DNA of 64,000 nucleotides from a virus (Duplodnaviria; Caudoviricetes): IMG/VR virus record IMGVR_UViG_2562617090_000005; one strand, 5' to 3'. Shown piece by piece: positions 58,183 to 64,000 of this stretch (position 1 is its first letter; each line of letters starts with the position of its first letter). The notes under the pieces were generated by a model. It saw only the letters and a program-made list of their open reading frames with translations, ran no database searches and was not told where the DNA came from. The position numbers and the translations under genes were made by a program.

Positions 58183-59811
58183 ATGCAGATTTACAAAGCG
58201 ATTAAGTACATCCGTCTTTCTTATACGGATGATAAAACAGTAGAAAGTGACAGCGTTGCTAACCAGCGGCGCCTGATCGATGACTACATAGCCCGACACC
58301 CGGAAATTGAGGTTGTGGCAGAAAAAATTGACGATGGTTATAGTGGTGTTTTGTTTGATCGCCCGGCATTTCAGGAAATGATGCGGATGATCGAACAAGG
58401 CGAAGCTAACTGTGTGATTGTCAAAGACCTCTCCCGCTTAGGTCGTGAGTACATAGAAACAGGCCGTTATATGCGCAGGGTATTTCCAGCCTATGGAGTG
58501 CGTTTTATCGCAATTAACGATAATGTGGACACGGAAAATGACGCTGCCGATGATCTCACGGTTTCTGTCAAAAACATTATGAATGAGGCTTACTGTCGGG
58601 ATATTTCTGTTAAGACACGGAGCGCCCTGGAAGTAAAACGGCGCAGCGGGGATTTTGTAGGTGCTTTTACCATTTATGGTTATGTGAAAGTCGGCGATAA
58701 ACACAAGAGTCTGGAAGTAGACGAATATGCTGCTAATGTTGTGAGGGATATTTTCAGAAAACGGCTGGAGGGATTCAGCGCTTCCCATATAGCGGATGAA
58801 CTGAACCGATTAGGAATTCTTTCGCCTTTAGCGTATAAGCGCAATCACGGAATGCCTCATGCAAAAGGTGGCTATACAGACCGAAAGGATTGCAAATGGT
58901 CTGCAACTACAATCATCCGCATTTTGCAGGATGAAACTTACACCGGAACACTGGTCCAGGGCAAACAGACAACGCCCCATTTCAAATTAAAAGAGCGTGA
59001 GGACAAACCTTCTTCGGAATGGATTCGTGTGGAGGGAACCCATGAAGCGATCATACAAAAGCACGATTTTGATCTGGTGCAACGGCTCCGCAGGATTGAC
59101 ACAAGGACTTCTCCCAAATCGGATAAGGTTTACCTGTTTTCCGGTATTTTGATCTGCGGCTGCTGTGGCTGCCGTATGACCCGCAAGACGAACCGCTATA
59201 AAGATAAAGAGTATCACTATTATTACTGCCCGACCGGCAAAAAGAATGGCTGCACATCGTCGGTCATGCTGAAAGAGTCGGATCTGATTGAATGTGTGCA
59301 GGACAGTTTGAAAGGACATATTGAAAATGTTGCTTCTCTGGATGCCCTGCTGTCCAGTATCAGTCAGGAACGGATCAACCGGGAATTGGCGCAGGAATAT
59401 GCCGCACAGATCAGAGTAAATGAAAAGCGTGTGGCACAGACCGAGGGCTTTAAGGCAAAACTCTATGAAAATCTGGTGAGTGGAATTCTGACAAAGGAAG
59501 AATTTCTCTCTTATAAGCGAAAATACAATGCAGATATTGAACTGTTCCAAAAGGCAATCGCTGAATGGAACGATAAACTTACAGATGTATTGGAAAACCG
59601 AAGCGAACGAAACCGTTGGATCAACCATTTTATGAAATTTTCTACTATGGAGGATATTGACCGCCGGGCAGTCATGCAGCTTATCCGAAGCATACGGGTA
59701 ATGGGTAAAGATGAACTGCATATTGAATTTAATTACCAGGATGAATATCAGAAAGCAATCTCTTTGGCGGAACAGATTGCTACAAAAAATAAAGAAAGGA
59801 TGGTGGGCTAA
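58183..59811 (+). CDS. large serine recombinase 1
   Basis: YIRLS, KDLSRLGR, CGCC..C zinc ribbon. Confidence 0.93.
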   Translation: MQIYKAIKYIRLSYTDDKTVESDSVANQRRLIDDYIARHPEIEVVAEKIDDGYSGVLFDRPAFQEMMRMIEQGEANCVIVKDLSRLGREYIETGRYMRRVFPAYGVRFIAINDNVDTENDAADDLTVSVKNIMNEAYCRDISVKTRSALEVKRRSGDFVGAFTIYGYVKVGDKHKSLEVDEYAANVVRDIFRKRLEGFSASHIADELNRLGILSPLAYKRNHGMPHAKGGYTDRKDCKWSATTIIRILQDETYTGTLVQGKQTTPHFKLKEREDKPSSEWIRVEGTHEAIIQKHDFDLVQRLRRIDTRTSPKSDKVYLFSGILICGCCGCRMTRKTNRYKDKEYHYYYCPTGKKNGCTSSVMLKESDLIECVQDSLKGHIENVASLDALLSSISQERINRELAQEYAAQIRVNEKRVAQTEGFKAKLYENLVSGILTKEEFLSYKRKYNADIELFQKAIAEWNDKLTDVLENRSERNRWINHFMKFSTMEDIDRRAVMQLIRSIRVMGKDELHIEFNYQDEYQKAISLAEQIATKNKERMVG

Positions 59812-61461
59812 ATGGCAAGAAAAAGCAGAAAACAGACGGCAGCGCCTATGCTGGCACCATCTTTATATGTACATGTGGCTCTGTATATCCGTCTTTCTGT
59901 GGAGGATAACAAAAAGCGGGGCTGCTCAGTAGAAAATCAAAAGCTGGTACTGAATGACTTTCTTTCAGATAAACCGGACTTCGTTGTGTATGATACCTAT
60001 ATCGACAACGGAGCGACAGGGACAAATTTTCACCGCCCTGGATTTCAGCAAATGCTATCTGACATTGAAGCAGGCCACATTAACTGTGTGATTGTTAAGG
60101 ATCTTTCCCGATTAGGGCGAAATTCTATTGACACAGGTTATTATATCGAACAGTATTTCCATGCTCATAATGTTCGCTTCATTGCTGTTACGGATCAGTT
60201 TGATACAGCGGATTCCGGAAATCTTCATGGCGGTATCATGCTGCCTTTGAAAAATATGATCAATGAAGCCTATGCTCTGGACATTGGACGAAAAATCAAA
60301 GCACAAGCGCGGCAGGCTATGAAAGATGGCGACTATATTGGTGCACGGGCACCTTATGGTTACAGGAAAGACCCTGATAATTGCCATAAACTTCTGATTG
60401 ATGAAAATACTGCCCCTGTGGTAAAACAGATTTTTGAATGGGCACATGAGCATGTGTCTCTGAACCGGATTGTCCGCAATCTAAATGAGATGGGGATTCC
60501 GGCACCGAGCCATTATAAAAAGGCCACTGGCGAGATTACCAGTCCGGGCCTGATTGGAAGCGGCAAATGGCAGACCCGTACAGTGATGAAAATTTTAGAA
60601 AGCGAAGTCTATACAGGCGATCTGGTGCAAGGAAAAACAAAGATTGTAGATCATCAGCAGGTCAAGGCTGGAGAAGATAATCTGATTATTGCCAAATGCA
60701 CCCATGAACCGATCATTAGCTATGAATTGTTTAATGCAGTTCAGGAATACAGAAAACAGATCTGTGAAGAAAGCAAAGCAACTCCAAAACGCCCCTACAC
60801 GCCAAACATTTTCAAAGGCAAAGTGTTCTGTGCTGATTGTGGCAGAAGCCTTCACCGGCAACGTGCCGAGCGCCGGAAAGGCCCCGATACTTATTGGTTC
60901 CACTGCCTTACAAACAGCCGGGTAGAAAAAGATAGCTGCAAAGGCGCAACGATGCAGGAAAAGGAACTGATTTCTATTGTTACGGCTATTCTTGAAAAAG
61001 AGCTGACAGTTGCGCTGGGAATGTCGCTGCCACTCTTTCAGTTGGAGGCAAGACAAAAACAGGAAAAAGATAAGCTGAAAATTCAGATGTCGGCCAAACG
61101 GCAGGAAATTGAAAAAACACGCCGGCTGATCCGTGGTCTATATGAAAATTTTGTGCAGGGTATTTTGACAAATGATGAATACTTTGAATTGAAGGCGGAT
61201 TATGAATATGCTATCAATGCTCTGTCTGGTGAGATTGAAGTATTTGAAAAATCTATGGACTCCCTGGACAACCAGCTTGCCCGATACCGTGCAATGGAAA
61301 AGGATGCAAAAACACTGGCACAGGATCATGTGCTGACTGCAGAACTGATTGAACGGCTCATTGAACGAATTGAGATCGACCACGAGCGGAATATTCATGT
61401 AACCTTCCGTTTCAAAAATGAATTTCAGGGAAAGGCGGTGGAACCGTGCGCAACTATGTGA
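59812..61461 (+). CDS. large serine recombinase 2
   Basis: YIRLS, KDLSRLGR, CADC..C. Confidence 0.93.
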   Translation: MARKSRKQTAAPMLAPSLYVHVALYIRLSVEDNKKRGCSVENQKLVLNDFLSDKPDFVVYDTYIDNGATGTNFHRPGFQQMLSDIEAGHINCVIVKDLSRLGRNSIDTGYYIEQYFHAHNVRFIAVTDQFDTADSGNLHGGIMLPLKNMINEAYALDIGRKIKAQARQAMKDGDYIGARAPYGYRKDPDNCHKLLIDENTAPVVKQIFEWAHEHVSLNRIVRNLNEMGIPAPSHYKKATGEITSPGLIGSGKWQTRTVMKILESEVYTGDLVQGKTKIVDHQQVKAGEDNLIIAKCTHEPIISYELFNAVQEYRKQICEESKATPKRPYTPNIFKGKVFCADCGRSLHRQRAERRKGPDTYWFHCLTNSRVEKDSCKGATMQEKELISIVTAILEKELTVALGMSLPLFQLEARQKQEKDKLKIQMSAKRQEIEKTRRLIRGLYENFVQGILTNDEYFELKADYEYAINALSGEIEVFEKSMDSLDNQLARYRAMEKDAKTLAQDHVLTAELIERLIERIEIDHERNIHVTFRFKNEFQGKAVEPCATM

Positions 61462-62987
61462 TTGCCCTTTATATCCGTCTTTCTGTGGAAGATTTCAAAA
61501 CCGAAAGTTTGAGCATACCAAATCAAAAACTGATTCTTCGTGAAAAAGCTATGTCTCTGCCGGAATGGGATAATAGTGAGATTTTGGAATTTATTGACAA
61601 CGGTCATACAGGGACAAACTTTGAGCGTCCGGCGGTGCAGGAACTTTTAACAATGGTTCAGGCCGGAAAGATCAACTGTATTATTGTAAAAGACCTTTCC
61701 CGATTTGGACGTAACAGCATTGAAACCGGCTATTTTATTGAGCGGGTATTTCCTCTTTACCACACCCGTTTTATTTCCGTCAGTGATGATTTTGACACAG
61801 CTAATTTCAAAGGTGATACCGGAGGGATTGATATTGCTTTCAAGTATCTTATTAGCGAGTGTTATAGCCGAGATATGTCCATGAAAACCAAAAGTGCAAA
61901 ATACGCGAAGATGCGTCGTGGGGAATATCAGAGTGTCATCTGTCCTTACGGCTATCGCAAGAGTGCAGACGGACGTATGGAACCGGACGAGGATGTTGCC
62001 CCGAATGTGCAGATGATATTTCAATGGGCGTCTGAAGGCAACACCGCAGCCGAGATCACAAGAAAACTGTATGCCATGAATATCCCCACCCCTGGGGAAT
62101 ATCGCAAACTTAAAGGCAAGGACTATTACAATGTTTCCCGAACAAACGGCGTTTGGAGTACATCAACGGTCCTGCGTATTTTAGAAGATCAAAGATATAT
62201 CGGTACCTATGTAATTGGCAAGAGAAAGGTAAAAGAGATTGGCAGCCGACATACACAGTTAAAGGATGAAAGTGAGTGGTTCAAAATACCGAACCATCAT
62301 CCGGCTATTGTAAGTGTGGATTTATTTGAGAAAGCCAATGCTTCTATTAAACGTTTCTCTCTGTCAAATAAAAAGCCGCGTGATTATCTGCTCCGTGGTA
62401 AGGTATTCTGTGGATGCTGCGATCATGCAATGGCTCTACGAAATGATGCGTGGTTTTATTGCCGTCATTCCGAGGTGGCTGAAACGCTTCCTTGTCATGG
62501 TGTGCGCATAAAGATGGCAGATCTGGAGCAGGTTGTATTTGAAACAATTCGGGCTCAAATGTGTCCGGCATTGGGAATTGATAGCAATAAGGATAAATTG
62601 GATTTGCAGACAGTCCAGCAGGCCGAACATGAAGAAAAACTCCGTTCTATTCAAGACAGCAAGCGGCATCTTTATGAGCAGTATGCACTCGGAGAGATTG
62701 ATTTGGAAACCTATCGAACACGAAAAGCGGTTTATGACACGGAACTGGTACAAGCCAAAAATGTTCATGCTGTCATCACTGCACAGACAAAGCGGATAAA
62801 AAGTGATTATGAGATTAAGCTGAAACAACAGGAAATTGTGCAGGAAGTCGGAAACGCCAACATGCTGACAAAAGCTCTGATTGACCGGCTTATCAACAAA
62901 GTTTACGTCTTTCCAGGAGATCGGATTGAGATTGAATATGCAACACAGGATTTCTTAGAAACTAAGGAATCCGAAAAGGAAGTATAA
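61446..62987 (+). CDS. large serine recombinase 3
   Basis: YIRLS, KDLSRFGR, CGCC. Confidence 0.93.
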   Translation: MRNYVIALYIRLSVEDFKTESLSIPNQKLILREKAMSLPEWDNSEILEFIDNGHTGTNFERPAVQELLTMVQAGKINCIIVKDLSRFGRNSIETGYFIERVFPLYHTRFISVSDDFDTANFKGDTGGIDIAFKYLISECYSRDMSMKTKSAKYAKMRRGEYQSVICPYGYRKSADGRMEPDEDVAPNVQMIFQWASEGNTAAEITRKLYAMNIPTPGEYRKLKGKDYYNVSRTNGVWSTSTVLRILEDQRYIGTYVIGKRKVKEIGSRHTQLKDESEWFKIPNHHPAIVSVDLFEKANASIKRFSLSNKKPRDYLLRGKVFCGCCDHAMALRNDAWFYCRHSEVAETLPCHGVRIKMADLEQVVFETIRAQMCPALGIDSNKDKLDLQTVQQAEHEEKLRSIQDSKRHLYEQYALGEIDLETYRTRKAVYDTELVQAKNVHAVITAQTKRIKSDYEIKLKQQEIVQEVGNANMLTKALIDRLINKVYVFPGDRIEIEYATQDFLETKESEKEV

Positions 62988-63052
62988 CCGTGAACACCCA
63001 TTTGAAACAGCTATGGGCAGCTATGAAGCTGCCCGAAAAACTTCAAAAAAAG

Positions 63053-64000
63053 TTATATTTTTTTTGTCGTGGGCTTGACATACGGGTGCCGCAAATCGTG
63101 AATTCTTATACGCTTTACGCCTGCGGCTTTCGCCCCTCTGTCCATCTCGTGATGAAGATAGCTTTTTGTTACCGTAAAGATACGGTCTTTCTTTTTCAAA
63201 CCATAGAGCATACCGAGATATTCCTGCATTTCCTCACAGAGAAAATGCGGCATTTTAATTGTGCGATTGCTTTTCTTTGTTTTCGGTGTGGTAATCACAT
63301 CTTCGCCGTGTAAACGCTGATAGGATTTGTTAATCGTGACCGTTTCCTTATCAAAATTGAAATCAGCGGCGGTTAAGGCTAATAATTCGCCCTCACGAAT
63401 GCCGCACCAGTAGAGCATTTCAAAGGCATAAAAGGAAACAGGTTTGTCCATCATTTCATAGGAAAATTTCTTGTATTCTTCCTTTGTCCAAAACAGCATT
63501 TCCTTGTGTTCCTCACTTCCCATATTTCCCACCTTTGCGGCAGGATTGGAACGCAATTCATAATAGCGTACAGCGTGATTGAAGATAGCCGACAACTGAT
63601 TGTGCAGCGTTTTCAGATAGGTTTGTGAATACGGTTTTTTCTTCTCGTCACGGTAGGCAAGCATTTCATTCTGCCAAGTGATAATCTCCTTTGTGGAAAT
63701 CTCGCTTATTTTCAACTTGCCGAAATAGGGCAGTATCTTCGTGCGAATGATATGCTCCTTTGTCAGCCAAGTGTTTTCTTTCAGGCGGTTTTTTACATCG
63801 TTGATATACAGTTCCGTAAAGGCTTCAAAGCTCATATCAAGGTCAGACGAATTTTGTAGCTGAAACATTCGCTCCCATTCCTGCGCTTCTTTCTTTGTGG
63901 CGAAACCCCGCTTACATTTCTGCTTGCGTTCGCCTTTCCAGTTCATATATCTCGCCATCACATACCAAGTGCCGTTGTCCTCATTTTTGAATACTGGCAT
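63053..64000 (-). pseudogene. tyrosine integrase of a different element, truncated by the ICE after HDLRH
   Basis: Arm-binding N-terminus, GIREGEL, TPKT, RIHDLRH, then PYVKPTTKKI* in place of the box II His/Tyr region. Confidence 0.85.

Larger units (their letters stand above)
1..63085. mobile_element. Tn1549-like ICE (left end outside window); right end at ~63085 inside a tyrosine integrase gene
   Basis: T4SS operon, MOBP relaxase with mobC, topB, three terminal serine recombinases; the downstream integrase loses its normal C-terminus at 63085/63086. Confidence 0.88.

Noticed and set aside
1-64000. tRNA, rRNA, reverse transcriptase (retron/DGR/group II intron) or IS transposase
   Set aside because: No such motifs recognised on either strand by eye.

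Overview
The window is mostly the right-hand ~63 kb of a Clostridia-type (Lachnospiraceae/Oscillospiraceae-like, inferred from gene content) Tn1549-like integrative conjugative element (ICE). Order: YodL and PcfB genes; a Gram-positive T4SS operon (virD4, maff2, virB6-like, prgI, virB4, wall hydrolase, DUF4366, pilin-like adhesin fused to a class B sortase); an accessory block (ThyX-like, dUTPase, TA pair, SLOG); topoisomerase III, many small proteins, mobC and a MOBP relaxase; ~17 kb of cargo (two-component system plus an array of ABC-transporter cassettes); a sigma factor; and three tandem large serine recombinases. Elements are nested three deep. An 8.2-kb mobilizable element (TnpX-like recombinase, MOBQ relaxase and oriT, primase-helicase, VanZ) splits virD4 at a TGG codon. 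The ICE right end in turn truncates a tyrosine integrase of another element just after its HDLRH motif. Best leads: a shared C-terminal motif on about 9 ICE proteins (candidate T4SS export signal), a cassette-like array of divergent permeases between near-identical repeats under one regulator box, a divergent ThyX nucleotide operon, and an adhesin-sortase fusion. All family calls come from motif recognition by eye; no database searches were run.
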